NCBI GenBank assembly: GCA_038063515.1
Contig: JBBTUY010000001.1
Coordinates: 74,972-138,971, forward strand
Reading direction: 5' to 3'
Origin: Patescibacteria group bacterium
GTDB taxonomy: Bacteria; Patescibacteriota; Minisyncoccia; Phycocordibacterales; UBA9973
DNA: 64,000 bases
The notes below the pieces were generated by a model. That model made no database searches. It was not told where the DNA came from and saw nothing but the letters and a program-made list of their open reading frames with translations. Of the stretch, positions 37,429-46,768 are shown in pieces. Made by a program: the position numbers and the translations under genes. The first letter of the stretch is position 1. Each line of letters begins with the position of its first letter.

Positions 37429-37586
37429 ACTTGTTTTTGGTAATTTTTTATAAAAGTAGTTAAATTCTAAGATTTTCGTATAAAAAATGATTGACAAAGC
37501 ATAGTATTTAATATAGTTTCAAGCTTAGATATAAGCAATCTAACGTAATGTTTTATAGGATTTTTCGTCTACTATCGTAGTAAGGT

Positions 37587-39779
37587 TTGTTTTTATTATT
37601 AAAAGTGTTAAGTCTGAAGTTTTATAATATGAAAAAAATTAATAATCTCGCGCATTTTGTTCTAGGCTTTACTTTCGTGTTTGCCTTCTTTAGTTTGGTA
37701 AATTCTACAACTACTCTATCTCAAATAGTACTTGCAGAAGAACAGACATCTCCAGTAGAAACGGTGGTTCCTGCTCAAGCTAAAGTTGAAGAAGTTTCTG
37801 TTTCTGAAACTTTTGTTCCAGATCCTACAGAAGAAAAGAAAATAGAAGAAGTTCTTCCAAAAGTAGAGACTGCAGAAGCAGCACCAGCTGTTGATACAGC
37901 GAGTGCCTTAGCTAGTGCAGTGTTAGGAGAAGCATTGCAAGTAGTCGCTCCTCCTCTTAAAGCAAAAGTGAGTGCAACAAAGATAGTTTGTAATGAAGAA
38001 TCTGATCTTCCAAACTGGGGTGCAGATGGTAGTGATATAACTTCCACAACCGCTACTACTTTTTTAGCCGCACACACAAACTGTCACAAAGAAGCTTGGA
38101 GTTTTGCTTGGACAGAAAGTTCAATAACCCCTGTTATCGGAGATCAAACTACTGGCACGGGTGGAACAGGCTGGACAGGTTTCAACGATTCAACTTTAAC
38201 AGAAGTACCTTCACAGACTAAAATTTGGGTTCGTGAGCAATTCAAAGATGGATACATTCCTTTTCAAGGAGTAACTATTGCTGAATCAGTTTCAGCGGAA
38301 CTTTACTGTAATACTGATGTGTACAACTACGACAATTTAGAATTCATAGATACTATAGCAGGACAGACATACCACTGTGTTGCTTTTAATGTATTAAAAA
38401 CAACACCAACACCTACGCCAAATGCATGTGATGCAAGTGTTAATTTAATCCAAAATGGAAATTTCGAAGCTCCCGTACTTGCAAACGCTACTTGGGATGT
38501 AATACCTGCTTCAAATCCAATGCTTAAGTGGATGGTGGCTTGGGTTTCTCCAGAGATAAATGGACGATTGGGTCTTGAAATTCAAAACCATGTTGTAGGT
38601 AATCCATTATTAAATGAGCAACATGCAGAGCTAGACGGTGACCACCCAGTAACTATTTGGCAAGATGTTCCTACTGTTTCTGGTCAGACATACACTTTAT
38701 CTTTTGGATATTCTCCTAGACAAGCAAATATTGATAACAGTATACAAGTTAAGATAAATGGTGTAGTACAAGGAGCAACTATTAATGCCAATGGGGATTT
38801 AAACACTAATACTGTATGGCAGACTGTAACTAGAACTTTTGTCGCTACAGGAGCAACTACTAAAGTAGAATTTTATGATAACGGTCCGGATAATACTCAA
38901 GGTGGGTATCTAGACAATGTTACTCTAAAGTGTGCTGGTACAACACCAACACCTAACCCAACTTCTAACGTAGCTCCTGTTGCAAACGCAGGCGTAGACC
39001 AAACACTTACATTACCAACAACAACTGCAACACTAAACGGTACAGGAAGTACTGATTCAGATGGAACTATTACGTCATACGTATGGTCTTTCGTGTCTGG
39101 ACCTTCTACAATAAATCCTGATGACGTAGTTTCTCCAAACATCTCTTCACTCGTAGCTGGTACATATGTATTCCAGCTTGTAGTGACTGATGATGACGGA
39201 GCTACTGGAACTGATACAGTGAGTATTGTAATAAACCCTGAGGGGACTAATAACACTAACGGTAGTGGTAGTAATGGTGGAGGAGGTGGTATTCGTGCAA
39301 AATGTAATGATAACAAGGATAATGATGCTGATGGACTTGTAGATGAAGAAGATCCTGGTTGTCATTCTGATGGTAATGCTAATAATCCTGATTCATATGA
39401 CAAGAGAGATCGAAGTGAGGATGACGGGGGAGCAGTGCTGGGTGCAGCTACTTCAACTTCTTGCGGAATTTATGTTGAGAAGTATCTACGAAAAGGATAC
39501 AAAAACAATGTAGACTCTGTAGTTAAAGTTCAAGTATTCTTGAATGATTATATGGGTGCAGGACTGATGGTTGATGGAGTTTATGGTACAAAGACTGAGG
39601 AAGCTGTACGAGCTTTCCAAGTAAAACAAATGGATAATGTCCTTGCTCCTTGGGGTATTAGTGAACCTACTGGAATCTTTTACCTTACTACTCAAACAGA
39701 GGTAAATAACATAGTTTGTCCTCCATTAGATCTTCCGATACCTTCTAATCTAGTTAATTTCACTCCGAGTGTTATCTAA
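37587..39779 (+). CDS. secreted multidomain surface protein (signal peptide, lectin/DUF642-like region, PKD domain, acidic Ca-binding-like Cys-bounded segment, C-terminal peptidoglycan-binding domain)
   Basis: N-terminal signal/TM; PKD signature VAPVANAGVDQTLTL...GSTDSDGTITSYVWSF...GTYVFQLVVTDDDGATGTDTVSI; Thr/Pro linkers; CNDNKDNDADGLVDEEDPGC; PG_binding_1-like YMGAGLMVDGVYGTKTEEAVRAFQ. Confidence 0.7.
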   Translation: MFLLLKVLSLKFYNMKKINNLAHFVLGFTFVFAFFSLVNSTTTLSQIVLAEEQTSPVETVVPAQAKVEEVSVSETFVPDPTEEKKIEEVLPKVETAEAAPAVDTASALASAVLGEALQVVAPPLKAKVSATKIVCNEESDLPNWGADGSDITSTTATTFLAAHTNCHKEAWSFAWTESSITPVIGDQTTGTGGTGWTGFNDSTLTEVPSQTKIWVREQFKDGYIPFQGVTIAESVSAELYCNTDVYNYDNLEFIDTIAGQTYHCVAFNVLKTTPTPTPNACDASVNLIQNGNFEAPVLANATWDVIPASNPMLKWMVAWVSPEINGRLGLEIQNHVVGNPLLNEQHAELDGDHPVTIWQDVPTVSGQTYTLSFGYSPRQANIDNSIQVKINGVVQGATINANGDLNTNTVWQTVTRTFVATGATTKVEFYDNGPDNTQGGYLDNVTLKCAGTTPTPNPTSNVAPVANAGVDQTLTLPTTTATLNGTGSTDSDGTITSYVWSFVSGPSTINPDDVVSPNISSLVAGTYVFQLVVTDDDGATGTDTVSIVINPEGTNNTNGSGSNGGGGGIRAKCNDNKDNDADGLVDEEDPGCHSDGNANNPDSYDKRDRSEDDGGAVLGAATSTSCGIYVEKYLRKGYKNNVDSVVKVQVFLNDYMGAGLMVDGVYGTKTEEAVRAFQVKQMDNVLAPWGISEPTGIFYLTTQTEVNNIVCPPLDLPIPSNLVNFTPSVI

Positions 39780-39804
39780 TATTTAATTAAAAAGTTAGCA
39801 AAAC

Positions 39805-39838
39805 AAAACCCCACATATGTGCCGGGGGTTTTGTTTTC
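39805..39838 (+). terminator. rho-independent terminator after the surface-protein gene
   Basis: aaaacccc-acatatgtgccg-ggggtttt followed by gttttct. Confidence 0.6.
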
Positions 39839-39925
39839 TGTGTTTCTAAGTTAGAATGTAAGTGTTATATTACATATTAATTTCTAAGATTGACTTTTTG
39901 TAAAAATAAGGTATAATATAAACAC

Positions 39926-40996
39926 ATGAAGAAGCTCTCAAAATGGTTTAAGAAATATTTTATCCCACATCATCACAATGATTACAAACCGCATCTCTTG
40001 CGCTATGAATCTACTGTAGCACTCCTTCTCATACTTGTTATAGTAGAAATACTTTTTTTATTTCAAATACTTTTTGTTTTTAACAAGACAAATTTTCTAG
40101 CTTCTGTTTTACCTGCAGTGCTTACCTCGCTGACTAATGAGCAGAGAGAAGAAAATAACTTAACTCCTCTTGTGGAAAATACATTACTCGTCAAAGCAGC
40201 TCAAATGAAAGCACAAGACATGGCATCAAAAGGATACTTCGCTCATGTGACACCAGACGGCAAGACGCCTTGGTACTGGCTTGATCAAGTGGGCTATAGA
40301 TACAGCAGTGCAGGGGAGAACCTAGCCGTGAATTTCTTTGAATCCCGTGATGTAGCGCAAGCATGGATGAATTCCCCAACTCACCGCGCAAACATCGTAA
40401 AAGCCAATTATAAAGAGATTGGGATAGGTATAGCGAGTGGTGTATATAAAGGAAAAGACACCATATTTGTGGCACAATTTTTCGGTACTCCGACAATACT
40501 AAATTTGAAGGCAAATTCTACGTTATTTCAAGAGACAAAACCTATAACAACTCCAGTAGCTCCGACTACACCAGAAACTAAACCTGTAACACCTACTCCA
40601 AAACTAGAACCTACCACACCCATTACAAACAGAAATGCTGTGGCAGTAGCTTCCATTTCTACACAAGTCTTAGGAGAAGAATCAGCGTCACCGATACAAA
40701 CACAAGCGATACAAGATAAAAGTTTATTTTCAAATACAAAATCCTTCGTAGAGAAAGTCTTATCTTCTCCGCGTTCATATGCAAACTACATTTTAGGAGG
40801 AGTACTAATCGTAACAATTCTCGCTTTACTCCTTTCTTTGTTTATAAGATTTGAAATGGTGCATCATCACAGCGTAGCTAGGGGAGCAGCCATCGTGGCT
40901 ATTGTATTTATGATGATGTTTATAAATATAAAAATATTTAATACAGATATTGATCTACCAGTAGATAACATTTCAGCGAGTGTGATAAATAAATAG
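39926..40996 (+). CDS. CAP (SCP/PR-1, YkwD-like) domain protein anchored by N- and C-terminal TM helices with Thr/Pro-rich linker
   Basis: YFAHVTPDGKTPWYWLDQVGYRYSSAGENLA...AWMNSPTHRANIV...YKEIGIGI CAP-domain motifs. Confidence 0.75.
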   Translation: MKKLSKWFKKYFIPHHHNDYKPHLLRYESTVALLLILVIVEILFLFQILFVFNKTNFLASVLPAVLTSLTNEQREENNLTPLVENTLLVKAAQMKAQDMASKGYFAHVTPDGKTPWYWLDQVGYRYSSAGENLAVNFFESRDVAQAWMNSPTHRANIVKANYKEIGIGIASGVYKGKDTIFVAQFFGTPTILNLKANSTLFQETKPITTPVAPTTPETKPVTPTPKLEPTTPITNRNAVAVASISTQVLGEESASPIQTQAIQDKSLFSNTKSFVEKVLSSPRSYANYILGGVLIVTILALLLSLFIRFEMVHHHSVARGAAIVAIVFMMMFINIKIFNTDIDLPVDNISASVINK

Positions 40997-41034
40997 TAAG
41001 TCAGAGGGTGAAGGCCACTGACTTACTATAAAAA

Positions 41035-41076
41035 GGGTAGCCAAGACTTGAATGTCTTGGCTACCCTTTTTATTTT
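41035..41076 (+). terminator. strong intrinsic terminator (13-bp stem), preceded by a second hairpin at 40997-41026
   Basis: gggtagccaagac-ttgaat-gtcttggctaccc followed by ttttatttt; an A-tract precedes it. Confidence 0.75.
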
Positions 41077-41108
41077 GCATTATTGAGATTTATTGTTACA
41101 ATGGGTGT

Positions 41109-41366
41109 ATGAATAAAGGAAGAATTTTGTTATTTTTAGGTATCTGGGTGGCTTTGTTGCCTTATCTTGGTTTTCCTATTTTTTTGAAAAACATTTTACT
41201 CAGCATTTCTGGTCTTGTTGTTATATATTTTAGCTATGCTATTTACAAAAAAGATCAGAAAAAAGATATAAAGCTTGATAGTTTTCGAGAGAACTCCGAC
41301 TTCACCCCTGCCAGTATCAGCAAAGAATTAAATAATAATACAGAAACAAACGACGATGCCTCCTAA
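41109..41366 (+). CDS. small membrane protein (two TM)
   Basis: The track ORF 41052-41366 overlaps the terminator; the likely start is MNKGRILLFLGIW at 41109. Confidence 0.4.
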   Translation: MNKGRILLFLGIWVALLPYLGFPIFLKNILLSISGLVVIYFSYAIYKKDQKKDIKLDSFRENSDFTPASISKELNNNTETNDDAS

Positions 41367-42600
41367 TCCAATACCAAAACTAAATTTTATGAAAAGAAAA
41401 TTTATCACTATTCCTTTTGTGTTTGTTCTTTTTATCGGTATCTTTGCTGGAGGAGTGTATGTAGGATATGCTAGACATCCAGATATAGATAAAGTAGTTT
41501 TACAAAATAAAGAGGCAGCAGTAGAGACTCAAGCAGATTTTGCTCCATTTTGGAAAGTTTGGAATACAATAAATGAAAAATATCCCCGAGCTGAAAAAAT
41601 AACAGACCAAGAAAAGATATATGGTGCGATTTCCGGTCTGATGAGCTCATTAGATGATCCATATAGTACATTTTTTAATCCTGAAGAAAAAAAATCTTTT
41701 GAAGAAGAAATACAAGGGAATTTTAGTGGTATAGGTATCGAAATAGGGATGAGAAACAAAATACTTACTGTAATTTCTCCACTTAAGGGTACTCCTGCAT
41801 ACAGAGCAGGCATGAAGCCAGGGGATAAGATATTAAAGATAGACAAGACCGTAACATCAGACATGACAATGGAAGCTGCTATTAAACTCTTGCGTGGAGA
41901 AAAAGGGACTAAGGTTGTACTTACAGTGCTTCATGAAGGGGATGAAAAATCAGTAGAGATAGAGATTATTCGTGATACCATAAACATCCCGACGTTAGAG
42001 ACTGAGATTAGAAAAGATGGTATTTTTGTGATTAAGCTGTATAGCTTTACTGGTAATTCTGCTAGCTTGTTTCGTAATGCTATGAAGGAGTTTACAGAAT
42101 CAGGGACAGACAAGCTTTTGCTCGACCTTCGTGGTAATCCCGGAGGATATCTGGACTCAGCTGTGAGTATGGCGAGCTGGTTCTTGCCTGAGGGCAAGAT
42201 TGTGACGACGGAGGATTATGGTAACAACAAAACTCCTGAAATATATAGAAGTAGAGGTTACAACATTTTCAATGATAAATTAAAATTTGTTATCCTCATA
42301 AATGGTGGCTCAGCGTCAGCATCAGAAATACTTGCAGGTGCTATGCAAGATCACAAGCGTGCAGTGCTTGTAGGTACAAAGAGCTATGGTAAAGGCTCCG
42401 TGCAAGAAGTATTAAACATAACTCCCGAAACTCTTCTTAAGATCACAGTAGCTAAATGGCTTACACCAAATGGCAACACCATAGCAGAGATAGGACTAAC
42501 GCCTGATTATACTGTAGAGCATGTAAAGAAAAATGCTGAGGACAAGACAGATCCCCAGCTCGACAAAGCAGTAGAATTGTTATTAAATATGAACAACTAA
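41356..42600 (+). CDS. ctpA: carboxyl-terminal processing protease (S41)
   Basis: PDZ domain; catalytic region [15 protein letters not shown] ... KSYGKGSVQ. Confidence 0.85.
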   Translation: MPPNPIPKLNFMKRKFITIPFVFVLFIGIFAGGVYVGYARHPDIDKVVLQNKEAAVETQADFAPFWKVWNTINEKYPRAEKITDQEKIYGAISGLMSSLDDPYSTFFNPEEKKSFEEEIQGNFSGIGIEIGMRNKILTVISPLKGTPAYRAGMKPGDKILKIDKTVTSDMTMEAAIKLLRGEKGTKVVLTVLHEGDEKSVEIEIIRDTINIPTLETEIRKDGIFVIKLYSFTGNSASLFRNAMKEFTESGTDKLLLDLRGNPGGYLDSAVSMASWFLPEGKIVTTEDYGNNKTPEIYRSRGYNIFNDKLKFVILINGGSASASEILAGAMQDHKRAVLVGTKSYGKGSVQEVLNITPETLLKITVAKWLTPNGNTIAEIGLTPDYTVEHVKKNAEDKTDPQLDKAVELLLNMNN

Positions 42601-42613
42601 AATAAGTAAATAT

Positions 42614-43057
42614 ATGAAAGTGATTTTCTTAAAAGATGTGCCGAGAGTAGGGAAGAAGTATGATGTAAAAGACGTAGGAGATGGATACGCTATGAATTTT
42701 CTTCTACCAAAAAGACTTGCAGAAACTGCTACTCCAAAAGCCCTCGTAGAGCTAGAAAAGAGAAAGAAAAACATAGAAATAGAAAGGAAAATTCAAGAAG
42801 ATTTGCTCCTGAAAAATCTGGAAGAAATAAAAAGTAAAACTCTACATATAAAAGCAAAAGCCGATGAAAAAGGGCATTTATTTTCTGGTATACACAGCAA
42901 AGAAATAGTAGATGCTATGAAAAAAGAGCATCACGCAGACATATCTCCAGAATTTATCTTATTAGATAAAGCTATAAAACAAATAGGTGAACACGAAATA
43001 GGAATACAAGTAGACAAAATGAAGTCTTCATTTATACTCGTCGTGGAGAGGGTTTAG
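42614..43057 (+). CDS. rplI: 50S ribosomal protein L9
   Basis: [36 protein letters not shown]. Confidence 0.9.
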   Translation: MKVIFLKDVPRVGKKYDVKDVGDGYAMNFLLPKRLAETATPKALVELEKRKKNIEIERKIQEDLLLKNLEEIKSKTLHIKAKADEKGHLFSGIHSKEIVDAMKKEHHADISPEFILLDKAIKQIGEHEIGIQVDKMKSSFILVVERV

Positions 43058-43338
43058 GCAGCTATTGCTATAACATTCACTACCTTTTTAGTCACAGTCT
43101 TTCCATTGAAAGAAGTCTTCCTTCTAGACACGAATTTTACCTTTCCTGCGATTAGAGAAAACAGAGTATGGTCCTTACCCATAGAAACATTAGTACCAGC
43201 TAGTACGTCTGTACCACGCTGACGTATGATTATAGAGCCAGGCTGTGCATCCTGTCCATCAGTAAGCTTCACACCGAGGTATTTTGGGTTTGAGTCTCTT
43301 AAATTTTTGGCGGTTCCGCCGGCTTTTCTATGTGCCAT
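43054..43338 (-). CDS. rpmA: 50S ribosomal protein L27
   Basis: [24 protein letters not shown]. Confidence 0.9.
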   Translation of the reverse strand: MAHRKAGGTAKNLRDSNPKYLGVKLTDGQDAQPGSIIIRQRGTDVLAGTNVSMGKDHTLFSLIAGKVKFVSRRKTSFNGKTVTKKVVNVIAIAA

Positions 43339-43396
43339 ATTGCTGTTTTGTTATTTAATGCTAAAATTTACGTGTATGTAGAGTTTACACAATTAT

Positions 43397-43831
43397 ATGG
43401 AAAAAATCAAGTCATTCCTAGAAAGTGATCGAGGTAAGAATATATTGCTTATTTTTATCATCATTTTTATGGCGATAAGCTCATTTGAATTAGGTAGAAT
43501 ATCTAAGTCAGATCAGACTTCGGGGGTCAAAATAACAGAGACAATAGAGGAATACAGTGTAGCCAATACTCAGCCTGCAGATGTACTAGGGGCCTCAAAA
43601 AGCCTCGTAGAGGCTAAAAATACCACTATTCGTAGTTCTAGTACTCCTAAAATTGTCGAGCCAAAAGCTCCTGCCCCTAAGGATATTTATTTTGCTTCTA
43701 AAAGAGGAAAGAAATATTATCCACTTGGATGCTCTGCAGGTAAGACTATTAAACAAGAAAATAGAATTTACTATGACAATAGGGGAGAAGCCGAAGCTGC
43801 TGGTTACGAGCTTTCGAGTTCGTGTCGTTAG
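43397..43831 (+). CDS. hypothetical membrane-anchored protein with C-terminal Cys-containing small domain
   Basis: N-terminal TM; C-terminal KKYYPLGCSAGKTIK...NRGEAEAAGYELSSSC. Confidence 0.45.
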   Translation: MEKIKSFLESDRGKNILLIFIIIFMAISSFELGRISKSDQTSGVKITETIEEYSVANTQPADVLGASKSLVEAKNTTIRSSSTPKIVEPKAPAPKDIYFASKRGKKYYPLGCSAGKTIKQENRIYYDNRGEAEAAGYELSSSCR

Positions 43832-43936
43832 TAATACAGGAGGACGTCGCACAATATATCTTGGATACCACTATTATGTGTATAATACACCTTGGGGCTT
43901 GCTGAGTCTTTTGTAAGCTACCCTAGGTCGTTTAAA

Positions 43937-44086
43937 TTACTTAAGGACACTTCCAAAATAATTTCTGAACCAATTGTAGGCTTCAGTTAGGGTTATCCCC
44001 GAGTATTTCATTATAAGTAATGCGATAATAATTACTATTATTAATTCGATAACTCCTTTTTGTTTTTGTAATGATTGATTATTCAT
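43937..44086 (-). CDS. possible 49-aa small membrane peptide (below ORF-track cutoff)
   Basis: MNNQSLQKQKGVIELIIVIIIALLIMKYSG..., a hydrophobic helix faintly resembling a prepilin N-terminus; located in a 290-bp intergenic gap. Confidence 0.2.
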   Translation of the reverse strand: MNNQSLQKQKGVIELIIVIIIALLIMKYSGITLTEAYNWFRNYFGSVLK

Positions 44087-44122
44087 ACTCTGATACAAAA
44101 TTTAACTAATAATTTTTTATCT

Positions 44123-45451
44123 TTATGGCTGTGGTACATATTTTGGTAAATAATACATTGGGTCAAGATACGCATTTGTAGCTGCTATAGGCTGTTTTAA
44201 GGTCTTTCCAGGGCAAGATTTACTAGGTAGTGTAGATACTTCTACAGCACTAGATACGTACAAAGATACATGAAGATGAGGCCCAGTACTTCTGCCTGTA
44301 CCGCCAGTATATCCTACAACCTCACCTCGTCGAACTTTTTGCCCTTCAGAGGCTTTTATAAGTGACAAGTGTCCGTATGTACTAGATAAGCCATTGTCAT
44401 ATTTTATAAAAACCCATTTACCAAATGATACTCCTGGACATAAAAGATCTGTATCTCCAGTGCCTAAAACTACTCCATCAGCCATAGAATAAACTGGTAA
44501 TGGCGTACGAGCTCTAAAATCAGTACCGCTGTGTCCGCTTGCATAAGTACGGTGTGGGCCGGTCTTAGCGCCAAATTCTTGTGTTACGTATGTCCTATCG
44601 AGTGGCCAGCTTAATACGCCTGCAGACGGAAGCTTTGAAGGGTCCAAGATGAATTTTAATTGCGACTCATAGCTACGTAGCTCCTGTTCAAAAGCTATCT
44701 TTTTTGCTGTCTGTGCTTTTACTAATGTTTGATATGCAGACTCACTATTTTGTGTTTGTTTTAAAAGTTTTGTTTTTTCATTTGCATTCTGTACTATTAT
44801 TTTTTGCTGATCTGCTAATTCTGTTTTTAATTTTATAAGCTCATTTTTAGCGTTTACAGTAAGGCTTCTGGTGTCTTCAAGGACTACTTTTATTTCTTTT
44901 AATTTTGAGATATTTTCTATAATTTTCTCTCGAACTACCGCTCTAGCGTCTACGTCATTCCATATAGTACTAAAATCATCTTTAGAAAGTATGCTTGTGA
45001 TCAGGCTCTGATTCTCTAGTTCATTTGTTTCTCTTATTTCTAGGGCTATAGAGTCTCTGTGGTTTAATATTGCACCTTCTTTACTACCAATATCTGAGCT
45101 CAAACCTTCTATTTTGAGATTTGTTCTATCTATCTTCTTTTGAGTTACAGATATGTCTGTGATTAATTTCTTTTTCGTGAGATCAAGCTCCTTTATAGAT
45201 CCACTTAATGAATCTTTTTGTTTACCAAGAGTATCTAATTCTCCTTGATAAATTCTTATTTGTTCTTCGAGCTTAGCTATGTCAACATTTTTCTGATCAA
45301 TACGATCTCTTATTTCTTCTGCTGTTTCTGCGTAGGAAAAAACATACGGAATAAAAACTAAAATTCCTATTACACAGGAAACTCCTATGTAATTACATAG
45401 GAGTTTCCTGTGTAATTTAAACTGTTTTTTGTAATCTAGATAATGTCTCAT
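44123..45451 (-). CDS. M23 family peptidase with N-terminal coiled coil (EnvC-like)
   Basis: Long coiled-coil region then the LytM/M23 domain with HxxxD and HLHVSLY (HxH) motifs. The N-terminal 30 codons overlap the palindrome and the gltX stop; the true start is uncertain. Confidence 0.8.
   Translation of the reverse strand: MRHYLDYKKQFKLHRKLLCNYIGVSCVIGILVFIPYVFSYAETAEEIRDRIDQKNVDIAKLEEQIRIYQGELDTLGKQKDSLSGSIKELDLTKKKLITDISVTQKKIDRTNLKIEGLSSDIGSKEGAILNHRDSIALEIRETNELENQSLITSILSKDDFSTIWNDVDARAVVREKIIENISKLKEIKVVLEDTRSLTVNAKNELIKLKTELADQQKIIVQNANEKTKLLKQTQNSESAYQTLVKAQTAKKIAFEQELRSYESQLKFILDPSKLPSAGVLSWPLDRTYVTQEFGAKTGPHRTYASGHSGTDFRARTPLPVYSMADGVVLGTGDTDLLCPGVSFGKWVFIKYDNGLSSTYGHLSLIKASEGQKVRRGEVVGYTGGTGRSTGPHLHVSLYVSSAVEVSTLPSKSCPGKTLKQPIAATNAYLDPMYYLPKYVPQP
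45369..45416. repeat. 48-bp perfect palindrome (24-bp arms, no spacer) directly after the gltX stop codon
   Basis: attacacaggaaactcctatgtaa | ttacataggagtttcctgtgtaat; can form a 24-bp hairpin in RNA of either strand. Confidence 0.85.
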
Positions 45452-46736
45452 TTTTTCCTATTATAGAAGCTATGATAAATGGATCAGGGGATCGATTGAG
45501 TCCTGATAGGGCATACCGGACAGGGTGGAGGAGCTCTCCCCTACTTTCTAAAGTATTTGCAACAGACATTAAAGAATTTTTAATATTATCTAAAACAAAA
45601 TCTTTCTCATCTATGTCTTCTAATGCTTTTATCGCTAGCTTTATGTTGGCTCTTGTTTTTTCTAAGGTAGAATTTTTATATAATAATTTTTCTTTTGTTA
45701 TCTCTGGAGCTTTAACAAATAAGTCTAACTCCCCTTTCTGCACCATTTCTTTTATATCACTCCATTTTGAAATCCTTTCAAATATTACTGGGACAATTTT
45801 CACATCCCTCATATTTTCTGGTAAATTTTCTAAAATATTTCTTTCAATTTCTTCTTGTGAAAGTAATTTCATGTGTTCTTTGTTGAACCATTCAAGCTTT
45901 TCACTATTTAAAACTGCAGGACTTCTCTGAACTCTCTCTAGTTCAAATGCAGACACAAGCTCATCATGGGTAAAAATTTCTTTATCTGTGCCTGGGTTCC
46001 AGCCCACAAAAGCGACACCATTTAAGATCCCCTGAGGCAAGAAGCCAAGCTTTTTGTATTCCATTATTGGCAATGCACCACGACGCTTTGAAAGTTTTAG
46101 CTTATCAGGACCTAAAACTAGAGGTAGATGCGCATACACAGGAGTCGGTGCCCCTATGGCTCTTTGTATGAGTATCTGCCTTGGGGTATTTGAAGTTAGG
46201 TCTTCGCCTCGTATTATGTGAGTCACATTTTCTTCAAAATCATCGACGACGACCGTGAGGTGATGTAGTGGTTCATTAGGACTTCGTGCAATTATAAAAT
46301 CACCTAAATCTTTAGTATTAGTGGTAACATCTCCTTTAATTTCATCGTGAAAGGTCACGTCGGTATTTGGGTTTTTAAATCGTACCAATTCGCGCATGAC
46401 ACCACTGCCATCTTTGGCCTCTTCTTTGGAAATATATGCAGAACCTTCATCTATTAGTTTTTGTATATAAAATTTATGTCGATCTATGTTTTCAGATTGA
46501 CGATAAAATTTGTCGTATTTAAGGCCTAACCATTCAAGACTTTCTAATATATTATCTTCATACTCCTTTTTGTCTCGAGCAGGGTCGGTGTCTTCTATTC
46601 TAAGAATAAATTCACCACCGTGTTTTTTAGCATATAAATAAGAAAATATAGTAGTACGGTATGTACCCAAATGTAGTAGACCTGTGGGACTAGGCGCAAA
46701 CCTAGTAATAACCTTTGGATTTTTACTATCTTCCAT
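45417..46736 (-). CDS. gltX: glutamyl-tRNA synthetase
   Basis: RFAPSPTGLLHLGTYRT (HIGH region) and the KLSKR motif. Confidence 0.9.
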   Translation of the reverse strand: MEDSKNPKVITRFAPSPTGLLHLGTYRTTIFSYLYAKKHGGEFILRIEDTDPARDKKEYEDNILESLEWLGLKYDKFYRQSENIDRHKFYIQKLIDEGSAYISKEEAKDGSGVMRELVRFKNPNTDVTFHDEIKGDVTTNTKDLGDFIIARSPNEPLHHLTVVVDDFEENVTHIIRGEDLTSNTPRQILIQRAIGAPTPVYAHLPLVLGPDKLKLSKRRGALPIMEYKKLGFLPQGILNGVAFVGWNPGTDKEIFTHDELVSAFELERVQRSPAVLNSEKLEWFNKEHMKLLSQEEIERNILENLPENMRDVKIVPVIFERISKWSDIKEMVQKGELDLFVKAPEITKEKLLYKNSTLEKTRANIKLAIKALEDIDEKDFVLDNIKNSLMSVANTLESRGELLHPVRYALSGLNRSPDPFIIASIIGKNETLSRLQKTV

Positions 46737-46768
46737 AATGCTATTTTAGCATTAAATGGATTATTTTT

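Noticed and set aside
37775-39695. Minus-strand ORFs within the PKD surface-protein gene (37775-38077, 38897-39316, 39147-39365, 39486-39695)
   Set aside because: Antisense to a coding region with clear domain signatures; compositionally biased translations.
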